Of a DNA stretch of 64,000 bases, positions 12,417 to 22,118 are shown piece after piece. Origin of the DNA: Macrostomum lignano (taxonomy: Eukaryota). A model generated the notes under the pieces. It ran no database searches, was not told the DNA's origin, and saw only the letters and a program-made list of their open reading frames with translations. Made by a program: the position numbers and the translations under genes. The DNA is taken from assembly GCA_002269645.1 (NCBI GenBank), contig NIVC01003571.1, positions 1-64,000 of the forward strand, in the 5' to 3' direction. The first letter of the stretch is position 1. The number at the start of each line of letters is the position of its first letter.

Positions 12417-15400
12417 GGGCAGACAGACAGACAGACAGGCAAGCAGACAGACAGACAGGCAGACAGACAGACAGACAGACAGACGGGCAGACAGACAGAC
12501 AGGCAAGCAGACAGACAGACAGACAGACATACAGTCATCCAGACAGACAAATACATGCAGAAAACGCTCCTCTTCAAGTGCAATAGGAACTTTTACAGTG
12601 CTCCCCCGTGAAAAATTTGAACAAGAAACCTTGGATAAAGTTTTGAATTTGAAAAACCTTACTGCAGAGGATAAAGTATTACACCTTATGACTGAATCTT
12701 TAAAAAACATAAAACACAGAAGACTTAGCATACAGAAAGTCAGCAAAACACAACAGCCACAGGTTATAAAGCAGAGCCAGGCCTTACCAGCATAAATAAC
12801 CATGCCCTCAACGGAATCGGTATTGCGAATAGTGCAGCCTCTGAGAATGAGATTCTCCTTATGAATGGCCACAACGTTATCATCGGCGCCTCGGATGCGC
12901 CTGTAAAAGTGAAGGTTAAAAATCTTAAAAACATTTTTAATTAACAGTAGAACTACCAAGGGCGGGGGGGCGAATGAAGCAACGCAGGCACGCGAAATCG
13001 AAGAACAAGGGCTAACAAGAATCAAGTCGTCAGCCCTCCGGACCGTCGAGATATTCGACGATTCTGCCAGAGGGTCGGATTTTCCTATAAGCGCCAGTGT
13101 ATTCAGTACACCCCTCAGTGCAGCCTTGCAAAGCCTCCAAATTTGATCAGCACATGGATCACATGGTTCTGCATCAGCTCTGACTTCGTTGGTCACTGGC
13201 CTTCTGGACCTTCAACAGATAGCACCAGGTGACTATGGTTGCGAACTTCTCTAGTATCGATGATCAAGCCTCGGCAGTGGGCAAGCCTCAACTGCTGGAC
13301 ATCCTCAGCTAGTATCATCCCGACGCTGTCGGAACCTTCAACAGATGACATCAGTGAGTATTGAATTTCGTGTGCCTGCGCTTCTCCGTTCAGGCGCAGC
13401 AAAAAAATTGTCAGGGGGATTTCCCCTAGTTCGACGTACGGAAAAAGGGCATTGGTATTCCTACTGTGAAACAAAGACTAGCTGGCAGTCATAATTCATA
13501 GAGATAGTCAACGTACACAGTGCCGTCAAATTTGTAAATCTCGGTATTCGGCACCTCAACTTCAACGTCGTGTACAAAAGTTTCTGGGTCGAATTCCTGA
13601 AAATGGATTAAGAAATTTGTACTTTTTATATCCTTTAAAATGTATATTATTAGATAAATACTGAAAACGCTCTAGAGGCAGGTCCAAGGACGACTTTAGT
13701 AGTTTAAGGACGGGAAACCTCGTTTCTAAGAACATATTAGGAGACTGGGGTTGCTAAAATCCACCACAGAGTTAGGAACTTGTCGTTTTTTGGCACAAAA
13801 GAATTCCAGTAACAAAAGGCTTTCTAAGAAACGAAGTTCTTCTCGTCCTTCTATTAAACACAGCGGAACTTTATGGGTGCTAATGGCACTCCGATTGATG
13901 GCAAAAACTTTTCTATCTGAAAATCCGTTAGTTAACTTTGAGCACAAAATTAGTCAGTAAAAATCCAAAAACTTAGTAACTGATGATACATACGATCATG
14001 CAAAATTTTACTAACTTTTCATATCTAGGCAGAATAAAATGCCGTCGTTTTTAAACATCAATAGTGCAACTCCAATTATTGAACTCTCGTTAAATAAACA
14101 GTGTAAAAAAGCAAACTGCAAATTAATGAACTGAACTCTTCAAGATAAACAATATAGCAGTTTTACCCCTGCGAGTGAATGCTGAAAAAAACAGGACCGG
14201 GACGACATTTTTAGCGATTTAAAGCAACACAAGACTCTGGTTTTAGCAACTAGAAAAAACTCATTTTAATGCAGAAGTTATAATTAAATGATTAGCTTTA
14301 ATATAAAGCTACTACTAAAGCTCCTGATTGGTGATTTTTAAAAGATAAAATACAAAAATAGTCTCACTAAGACTGACTCAATGACCTCAGGTTGCACCGA
14401 TGCAAGGGTAGAAGCTGCTCAATGACCTCAGGATGCACCGATGCAAGGGTAGAAGCTGCTCAATGACCTCAGGATGCACCGATGCAAGGGTAGAAGCAGC
14501 TCAATGACCTCAGGTTGCACCACCGATGCAAGGGTAGAAGCAGCTCAATGACCTCAGGATGCACCAATGCAAGGGTAGAAGCTGCTCAATGACCTCAGGA
14601 TGCACCGATGCAAGGGTAGAAGCTGCTCAATGACCTCAGGATGCACCGATGCAAGGGTAGAAGCAGCTCAATGACCTCAGGTTGCACCACCGATGCAAGG
14701 GTAGAAGCAGCTCAATGACCTCAGGTTGCACCACCGATGCAAGGGTAGAAGCAGCTCAATGACCTCAGGTTGCACTGATGCAAGGGTAGAAGCCACTCAA
14801 TGACTTCAGGTTGCACCGATGCAAGGGTAGAAGCCACTCAATGACCTCAGGTTGCACCGATGCAAGGGTAGAAGCCACTCAATGACCTCAGGTTGCACAA
14901 ATGCAAGGTTAGAAGCCACTCAATGACCTCAGGTTGCACAGACGCAAGGGTAGAAGCTACTGATGTATTAAAAATCAAATAAGTTAAGCTAATCACAGCA
15001 AAGTTCATACAAGTAGCAAAATGTGAGTAAAATTAAGGCTAGTAGCAATTTAAGAATTCCTAGGATTATTAACCTACGAATTTTCGGTTCTTACTAAGTA
15101 AATTTGAGAAAAAAGATTACTTAGTTAAGAAATTTAAATTTTAGTAGAGTGGATTATTGCAGGGTTAAAAATGCATTTGGCATCTAATGCATTATTTATG
15201 GTTTAAGATTTACCCAACGGCAATACCTGCATTCAGCTAAATTGCTTAAAGTTGCAAGTGAACATTGCTGGAAATAGGAAATAATAATAATTTACTATTG
15301 CGCAGTAACAGCCTGGGACTATTAATTAAAGAAATAAAATTGATATAACTACAAAACGCACCAATATTGAATACACCTTAACCAATTAAACGTATTAAAT

Positions 15401-18184
15401 AAGCGCTGCAACACCGCAAATAGTTCGTGCTAGAAGATTCAACTGAAATGAAGTCTAAATTCACACAGAGCCAAGCATTCCGTCGGATAACTTGCGTTTT
15501 AAATAATAAACCAAACCTATTTGCCAAAATCATTTGGACATGCCAGTTTAGCGGTAAACGCTTCTGACTTTCGCGCCCCAGACCCCAGTATTCGATTCAA
15601 GGACTGCTCAAGTCGGAGGACGAGAAACTAAGCTTATTAGAAAATGTTAAGGAGGCTCCAGGCTGGTTTTCGCCGCAAAATACACTACGGAGATAGGAAG
15701 CTTTCATTTTTCAACACAAAAATTTTTACTGCTTTCGATAGGAGGCAGACTCAATGCTCATCTTTTCATATGCTGTGCCTTTCTTATAGCTCTATTGATA
15801 TTCATAAAGTTTTCGTTCAGAAAATTAGGGTTCTATGCTAATTTTTTATTCTACGTACAATTGCACATGTCCCGTGCCTGAATAGTCCTTGATTTGATTC
15901 CGTGCATCCTCCTACTTGAGTAGTCCTTGGTTTGATTCCGTGCATCCTCCTACTTGAGTAGTCCTTGGTTTGATTCCGTGTGTAGTGAGCCGCTAGTTTA
16001 TGGTTAGGCGTCGCCCTAGTCAGCCGTTCCCTTGCCCTCCCTTTGGGTTGCTGTCTGCCGCTGGTCAGCTTCCCGCCCTCCTTTCGTTTGCCTGTCGCCC
16101 TGTGTCCTTTCCGCCCTGCTGCGTTTCCGTTCTCAGCCCTCAGTCTCTTAACTGTGGGCTGTCTCTGTTTCGCTTCCGTCCTGTCTTCCTCTGTCATGTG
16201 AGCAAGTCACATGACAGTTCTTGCGTTCTCTGAGTCTTAAAGTGCAGTAAACATGTTTACTGCACTCGTTGGCCCTGTTTACCGGGTGAGTCACGTGCTT
16301 TCGGACCCCTCCCTTCTCTAAGGAGAGGAGTGACTCATGTTGCTAAAAATAGCAACTGAGTCACAGCCGCGTGTACTCTGGCCAGGGACCTCAAGTGACG
16401 TCAGTTCTAAAAATAGAACAAGTCACGAGGTCTTCCGCACGCTTGTACCCTGCCCGAGACTCTCGAGTGACGTCAGTTCTAAAAATAGAACAAGTCACGA
16501 GGTCTTGAGCGCAGGTGTTTCCCGGCTATAAATAGGAGCCCTCTCCCCCTTGTTTCCGTCAAGGAGTCTTCTTTCTGTTCAGCCTCGAGTTCTACGTCTG
16601 CGTGTGACCAAATCCCCGAGTGTCCGAGCCTTTGCGCATATTGACTCTATTCCTATTGCTCCGACTGAAACCCGACCAAGTCAACCCAAGTCTACGAGAG
16701 GCTAACTCAGCCCTCCCTCTACCATCCTAGCCCGGCAGGTACTGCTGACGAGACGCCCTATTCGTTGCGCTCTAAATCTGCACGCTGTGCTGTGTTCGTT
16801 GACTTCATTATTTCGTTCCGACGGGAAGCTCACCTCACCGAAGGCCGAGACCTGAAGGAACTGGTGGCAGCACTACCTACGCTACTGAGAGTTGAGAGAA
16901 CTTCCCACTGAAGAGGCCCGAGTCTGAAGGTAATCCGCAAGGGCCTAAACCGGGAAGAAACCCCATTGTACTTCACGTGCATCCTCCTACTTGAGTAGTC
17001 CTTGGTTTGATTCCGTGCATCCTCCTACTTGAGTAGTCCTTGGTTTGATTCCGTGCATCCTCCTACTTGAGTAGTCCTTGATTTGATTCCGTGCGCGGCC
17101 ACATTGACATAAACTGGGGCTTGTGCATGAAAATTGACTAAGGGTTGTCGTACACTTCACACCCATGAGGGTGAGGGCCAACCCCCCTAAAGTACAGAGT
17201 GTACATGCGATGGCCAGGGCCGCTGTACACCCTGTGTGAGCTGTGTGCTTGCGTACAGTATTGGCGCGCTTGCGTGTGCTCAGGAGTCTTGCTTCGCCCC
17301 AGGGCCCTCCTGTGAGATTTGCCAATCCGCATTCGAACTTTCGATTCAGACTGCACACACACACACAGATCGAAAACTGGAAACTATTTCCAATAAAATA
17401 GTAATAGTAAACAAAGTTATAGTCAGATTCGAAACTTTACAGGCTTAAAATTTCTTCTCAAGATTGAACTTTTATACAAATTTTAACATCTTGCTGATTA
17501 GAGCTTGTGACGCAAAAACCCGGAGCCCAATTGATTTCAATACTAAGCATATCTTTCCCGACTCCTCGGCCAACAACGCACCTTCAGCTCCAGGCCGCGC
17601 ATGACGTGTCTCTGTTTCAAATTGGTCTCGCCATCGATATTGCAGGTCTCAATGTAGCACAGGCCGGCCGGATCCGAGCTGTGCAGCAACAAAATATCGG
17701 CCGGTATGACATCGTTAGCTCTCAGCTTTACAATATCGCCTGGCCAGAGGCGGCGCCACTCGTCTGGCACGTAGTCGCGCACAGAGCGCCTGTACACCTG
17801 GCAGCGGCTGTGGTTGATGCGCTGATCAGACCGGTAGCGCCTGTAGTTCTCGAAGGCGTCTTTAACGGCTGTGACAGCCAGCACGAATACTACCGGTATG
17901 GGCGACAGCTCTTTGGCGAATGCCGACACTTCGGGCATGAAGTTTAGCACCACAATAAATACAAAGTAAATATTGGCGAACCTGTGGAACTGCTCCCACA
18001 AATTTAATGGCAGAAAAGTCAACAGGCCGTACTTTGTAGTCTTAATGCAATTGTTGGCGAATCGCTTATTAGGATTGTCGCTATCTGGCCAGTCTTCGAA
18101 CTTGAAGTTTGGCACTATAAGCCGGGTCGCCGGGCCCTGCTTGGCTTTGGAGTGGCATGGCCAGCAGCGGAGGGCGTTGCCCAT
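610..18184 (-). CDS. ATP10: P4-type ATPase (phospholipid flippase), ATP10/class V-like; 11 coding exons, ~1235 aa
   Basis: Exons (minus): 18184-17582, 13596-13517, 12900-12788, 10000-9869, 9784-9654, 9389-9122, 6576-6500, ~5989-4886, 3978-3367, 2736-2376, 835-610. All junctions GT-AG with matching phases. Motifs: DGETNLK (A domain), DKTGTLT (phosphorylation), [53 protein letters not shown]10 likeness from CCRTTPSQK, the long S/P/T/A-rich N-domain insert and the TM4 Gln; paralog A/B/D cannot be resolved. Confidence 0.93.
1021..2245. repeat. 17-bp minisatellite (ATCAACTCATAATCCCT)n, intron 10
   Basis: Dozens of tandem units with small indel variants. Confidence 0.95.
2376..2736 (-). CDS. P4-ATPase exon 10 (TM6-TM9)
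   Basis: Acceptor aaaacag|GTA, donor G|gtgagt; contains [20 protein letters not shown] and [17 protein letters not shown]. Confidence 0.9.
2768..3185. repeat. 24-bp minisatellite (TTCTTCTGCAACAATGCTAATGAC)n, intron 9
   Basis: Tandem units; source of the 8-aa-periodic ORFs. Confidence 0.95.
3367..3978 (-). CDS. P4-ATPase exon 9 (VGHACRLL...[11 protein letters not shown]...FNGFSGQ)
   Basis: Acceptor ctctcag|GTC, donor CAG|gtaggt; 612 nt. Confidence 0.93.
4140..4540. repeat. 27-bp minisatellite (GACTGCAGTATCATTCACATCCCCTCT)n, intron 8
   Basis: Tandem units. Confidence 0.95.
4639..4873. repeat. 28-bp minisatellite (TGCCTGTCCAGACTCAAAAGACTCAATA)n, intron 8
   Basis: About 8 units, ending ~12 nt from the exon 8 donor. 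Confidence 0.95.
4886..5989 (-). CDS. P4-ATPase exon 8 (N domain: [63 protein letters not shown])
   Basis: Donor CAG|gtgcga at 4885. Acceptor ambiguous: exon start 5989 or 5977, both in frame. Confidence 0.88.
6023..6478. repeat. 33-bp minisatellite (ATGATTATCTCTATGGTCACAGGGATCAGCTGC)n, intron 7
   Basis: About 14 units filling nearly the whole intron. Confidence 0.95.
6500..6576 (-). CDS. P4-ATPase exon 7 ([25 protein letters not shown])
   Basis: Acceptor atttttccag|, donor GAT|gtgagt; 77 nt bridging phase 1 to phase 0. Poorly conserved region, so support is splice and phase logic. Confidence 0.7.
7180..7906. repeat. 29/32-bp minisatellite (CTGAGTCTGCCTATCCGCTCACTCAGTCC)n, intron 6
   Basis: Tandem units with or without an extra AGT. 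Confidence 0.95.
8745..9044 (+). mobile_element. tRNA-derived SINE, copy 2 (intron 6, antisense to host gene)
   Basis: Same head, core and body as copy 1, with an A-rich tail. Confidence 0.8.
9122..9389 (-). CDS. P4-ATPase exon 6 (TM4, [20 protein letters not shown])
   Basis: Acceptor ctgcag|GCC, donor G|gtgagt; phosphorylated Asp codon at 9221-9219. Confidence 0.93.
9654..9784 (-). CDS. P4-ATPase exon 5 (exoplasmic loop to FWTYIIILQ)
   Basis: Acceptor ttaccag|, donor CAG|gtgagt; 131 nt, open in the expected phase. Confidence 0.88.
9869..10000 (-). CDS. P4-ATPase exon 4 ([10 protein letters not shown]...[12 protein letters not shown]3)
   Basis: Acceptor accgcag|, donor G|gtgagt; 132 nt. 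Confidence 0.9.
10100..11650. repeat. 28-bp (28-34 bp variants) minisatellite (GGCCCAGCAACTGAGGATCTGGGAAGGT)n, intron 3
   Basis: Homogeneous 28-mers at 10130-10860, longer variants above that. Confidence 0.95.
12190..12548. repeat. (CAGA)n microsatellite, intron 3
   Basis: ACAG/GCAG tetramer run. Confidence 0.97.
12788..12900 (-). CDS. P4-ATPase exon 3 ([24 protein letters not shown])
   Basis: Acceptor cttttacag|, donor G|gtaagg; conserved LLLRG-like motif. Confidence 0.9.
13517..13596 (-). CDS. P4-ATPase exon 2 ([26 protein letters not shown])
   Basis: Acceptor ttttcag|GAA, donor GT|gtacgt; 80 nt, phase 0 to 2. Not in the ORF track. Confidence 0.85.
14378..14950. repeat. 41-bp minisatellite (TCAATGACCTCAGGATGCACCGATGCAAGGGTAGAAGCTGC)n, intron 1
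   Basis: About 14 tandem units. Confidence 0.95.
15981..16975 (+). mobile_element. Solo LTR (995 bp), probably Ty3/Gypsy-type
   Basis: TG...CA termini (TGTAG...CTTCA), perfect 4-bp TSD CGTG (15977-15980 / 16976-16979), TATAAAT at 16527, internal direct repeats, no coding remnant. The interrupted minisatellite shows the pre-insertion state. Confidence 0.85.
16241..16533 (+). promoter_or_regulatory. LTR U3-like enhancer/promoter motif cluster
   Basis: 26-bp perfect palindrome 16241-16266 containing GTAAACA; TGACTCA/TGAGTCA at 16287, 16331 and 16357; CTAAAAATAG at 16343, 16407 and 16479; TGACGTCA at 16396 and 16468; TATAAAT at 16527. Motif matches only, function untested. Confidence 0.55.
17582..18184 (-). 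CDS. P4-ATPase coding exon 1 (N-terminus, TM1-2, A domain to DGETNLK)
   Basis: 201 codons MGNALRC...GLELK, then donor AAG|gtgcgt; contains [20 protein letters not shown] and KDAFENYRR. Confidence 0.92.
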
Positions 18185-19701
18185 CTGGCTGTGAAAGTGG
18201 AGAACTCAAAATGATTAAGCTGCTCAGGGCAGTGGGAGACACAATGGTTTTTGCTACAAAATCTCATTCTCCATTTGCTTATTAGATGTTATCATATCAT
18301 ATAGCATTATTAATGGAGTGCAAAAAAGAACTAGGCTATAATAATATCAACTAGTATGAGTATACATAGCACTTTTTTGGGAGGACAGAAAGACAATGCA
18401 TTAAGTCTACTAGAATGTTAATACTGTGTTTTTATTTTTTAATGTACAAGAGAAAAGAAGACTGATGCACCTTAAGAAGGGGTTGCTTGGCATTAGGTTA
18501 GATTGGCATGTACAATACATCTAGAGCTGCAATAACAAAGGAAATATACACATGATTGTGACAAAATTATTTAAATCATACAAAGTAGGCAAATAAAAAA
18601 CAAAATTAATATCATAGGCATCAGTACAAAACAGTGAGTAAAATAACTATAAAAACAAGGAATGATTATGCTATTAAGCCAAAACAATGAAAGTAGACTA
18701 TTTAAATAAGTTTAAATAGGCCTACACTAGGCTAATGCTATAGAATTTTGTATTGAATCTATTAGAGATATACATAAAAAGAGCCAATATAGGCAATTAA
18801 CTACAATATACTAGCCAATATTTTTATTTTATACTATTATTTAAATATTTAATTAAAAATATATATACTAGGCTTATATGTCAAGAAATATAGAATAGAA
18901 TTTTTATATACATAAATAAATATACAAAAAATGACCCCATCGTAATAGTTCAATTTACAAAAAAAAGGTTTCTCTCTAAGCCTTTTTTGATTTAAATGAC
19001 TATGATTATAGCTTTTCGATGCTAGGCCTACTTTAAATCTTTAACATGTAATAAAACATAATTATTGCCCCAAAGAAGGGTATACATAATGGAAATTTCT
19101 ATTGTATATATCATATATATAAGTTATATTTATAGCCAATATAAAGGCCTAAACAATTGTTCACTTGTGTTTGCAACAATGATTGTTATATAGTATATAT
19201 GGGCATAACTAAAAATGCTTAGCTAAAATTATTGGAGCAATATGCCAGAGCTAAGGCTAAGCCAACTAACATATAGGTAATAATTTCTAAAAAGGCAATA
19301 TTAAAAAATTCTCATTATTGCTTTTAGAAAATGTTTAATTTTTATAAAAAATATACAATAGTTTAAAATTTGTAAGTATATATGAGTATTTCACTTCTTT
19401 ATATTTTGAGATAACTTTGCATCAATGTTGTTTGGCCTCTATATTGTTTGCAAATTATTTAATATTAGAGCTATACTAGCAATCAGCGCCCCCTATTGGG
19501 GAGCCAAAAAATGCAGTACAAGTTGTTTTAATAAACTACATGTAGCGTCTCTGCATTTTACCCCAGCAGTCCATTGTGAGTCTTGACATGTCAGCAATTC
19601 CCCCCACAAGCCTTAACATATCAACTCCCCCCTTGACATCTCAGCGATGCCCCCATAAGCCTTGAAATCTTAAAAAATCTGTCTACTTTCTAACCCTAGC
19701 A

Positions 19702-19724
19702 TAACCCTAACCCTAACCCTAACC
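19702..19724. repeat. Short interstitial (CCCTAA)n telomeric-type repeat inside a degenerate duplicated region (~19580-20470)
   Basis: TAACCCTAACCCTAACCCTAACC; flanking CCTTGACAT-type motifs recur. Confidence 0.6.
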
Positions 19725-20559
19725 ATTGACATTTCAGTAATTCTCAACAAGAGTCATTATAGCACTACAGCATCATAGCAATTCCCTGCAAGCCTCAACA
19801 TTGTAGGCATTCCCAAATGAATCTCTTAACTTCGACATGAAGCTTCTTTTATTTTTTACATTAGGCTTTTTCTATCAGTGATCCCTCCTGTGAGGAGCCA
19901 ACAAATAATGTAATAAAAAGTTTTCAATAAACTATATGTAGCTTCTGACTTTAGCCTTGACATCTCATTTATTCCCATGTGAGCCTTGACATCTTAGCTA
20001 TTCATGTCAGCAGTGTCTCCTATAAACCTTGAAATCTAAAAAAACCCCTGTTAACCTTGAAACACGCTAAAATCTAACCCTCAACCCAAACCTGACCTAA
20101 ACCTAACTTTAACCCAACCTAAAGCCTTGAAATCTCAGCAATTCTTCTCCCCTAAGCCTTGACATTCTTGTGATTCTTTCTTTAAGAATCATAGCACTAT
20201 AACAATTCCCTCCAAGCCTTGACATTGTAGCAATTCCCAAATGAATCTTTTAACTTTAACATGACTTTTCTTTTATGCATACATAGTTGCTTCTTTTCTT
20301 TTTTACATGACTCTTCTATCAGTGCCTCTCCCCAGCATGGTGAGCCAACAAAGAATGTAATAAAAAATTTATTAAAGTACATTTACTTTGAAGTAGCTTC
20401 TGACTTTTGCTTTGACATCTTAGAAACCCCCTCCATAATCTTAGTTATTCTCTGTGAGCCTTGACATACCAGTAATTCTCCCCAGCACAGCACTATAGCT
20501 TTATTTAATTTTTATATGACACTTTTTTTAGGTCTGACATGACACTTCTTTTAATTTTT

Positions 20560-20740
20560 ACATGATGCTTCTTTTATTCTTCCATAATGCTTCTATGATT
20601 TTTTGATGATGCTTCTATGATTTTTTACATGATGCTTTTATGATTGTTTACATGACACTTCTATGATTTTTTCATGATGCTTCTATGATTGTTTACACAA
20701 CACTTCTATGATTTTTACATGACACTTCCATGATTTTTTA
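20560..20740. repeat. Degenerate ~23-bp tandem repeat (ATGATGCTTCTATGATTTTTTAC)n
   Basis: Several tandem units. Confidence 0.75.
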
Positions 20741-20799
20741 GTTTTCTTGGCACTAAAAAGCTTTAATTAAAAAACTCTACTCTCTAAAAATTTGACCTG

Positions 20800-22118
20800 C
20801 TGGGATGCAACCTAGATTTTGGCCCGATGGTTGATTGACATGAAACAACACAATTTATCTACAATTTTCATCTTCGTCCAACTTCCAACGATAAAAAACA
20901 GAAGAAAAATGATTTGAAATTTATCTTTAACCCAACATTAGCCCTATTTTGTCGATTCTATCCCTCAAAATTGAACCGAATTTGTCGCTGACTTGCCGAT
21001 TTTTGGTGCAAACTATAACAACAACTCAGACTTTTGCTTGAAATAACTCCGACCTTCATCCGTCACTTCACTTGTAAATAAAAAACAAACCATTTTCAAC
21101 GATTCTCATCGACAATGATTGGTTCAACTTTAAGCCTTAAACTTTATTTCTCTTAAATCAATTGAAATGCACTGAAAGCTGCACTCAGTTGTGAGCTCAA
21201 TTGCTTATCTTAAGTATACAGTACATTAAACTGTCTCCATGGACAGTAGAGTACCATTTACAAATGGTAAAGTATATTATTTTATATGTTTATTTATACA
21301 AGCTACATTACAATACAATTGGCAACCACTAATGTAGCACATAATTGCTAATCGTGAGAGTTAAATCATGTCTCTGGTCTTAGTATCTAATCTTATCGCT
21401 AGTCTATACTCCTTGATCTCACTTTACCATTCTGAATTCATTGGTCCTATATATCCAATTTTATCTTTTGTCTCTAATCTGTAGTCTAAATGTATGTAAT
21501 CCTCTAATCTAATATAATCTAATAGCAGCCAGGCAGCTCAGGCTTGAGTACAATTTTTCTAGCACCTGATTTCTACAAAAGCACCCCATTGAAATGGACT
21601 TTTTATAATAAATTTCAACAAAAATTTCTGCCATAAGTTTTAATATTCCTACAATTACACCTATGTTTAATAAATCTTTTAAATCTGATAAATGTTTGAA
21701 AAATTGGGTTTCAGTCAAGAAAAAATTGGTACAAACAATCTCAGACAGCAAGCTGACTTTTGTCTGACATAGTAAGGGTAAAAATTGGGTTTCAGTCGTG
21801 CAAAAATTGGTACAAAACATCTCAGACAGCAAGCTGACTTTTGTCTGCCACAGTAAGGGTAAAAATTTGGTTTCAGTCATGCAAAAATTGGTACAAAAAA
21901 TCTCCGACAGCAAGCCGACTTTTGTCTGACACAGTAAGGGTAAAAATCGGGTTTAGTTGTGCAAAAATTGGTACAAAAAATCTCAGACAGCCAGACGACT
22001 TTCTGGATGACAAAAACTGTGTCCTGAATGGTTCAAAGTTGGACCAAAAATAAATTTTGTGTTAATTTTGGTCCAAAATCGAACCAACAGCTTGCAAAAT
22101 GTCAGAGTTGCATCCCAG
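20800..22118. mobile_element. Putative non-autonomous TIR element (12-bp TIR CTGGGATGCAAC) containing an 81-bp tandem repeat
   Basis: Inverted match 20800-20811 / 22107-22118; 81-bp units at ~21700-21990; no convincing TSD. Confidence 0.4.

Larger units (their letters stand above)
15875..17093. repeat. 38-bp minisatellite (GTGCATCCTCCTACTTGAGTAGTCCTTGGTTTGATTCC)n split by a solo LTR
   Basis: Units at ~15875-15980 and 16977-17093 on either side of the insertion. Confidence 0.9.

Noticed and set aside
12072-13196. 374-aa ORF as one coding exon
   Set aside because: Only 12900-12788 matches the flippase; the rest is intron and (CTGT)n microsatellite.
1021-17093. CRISPR-like arrays
   Set aside because: The units are contiguous tandem repeats with no unique spacers, there are no cas genes, and the context is eukaryotic introns.
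19702-19724. True telomere or chromosome end
   Set aside because: Only about 3.5 units, interstitial.
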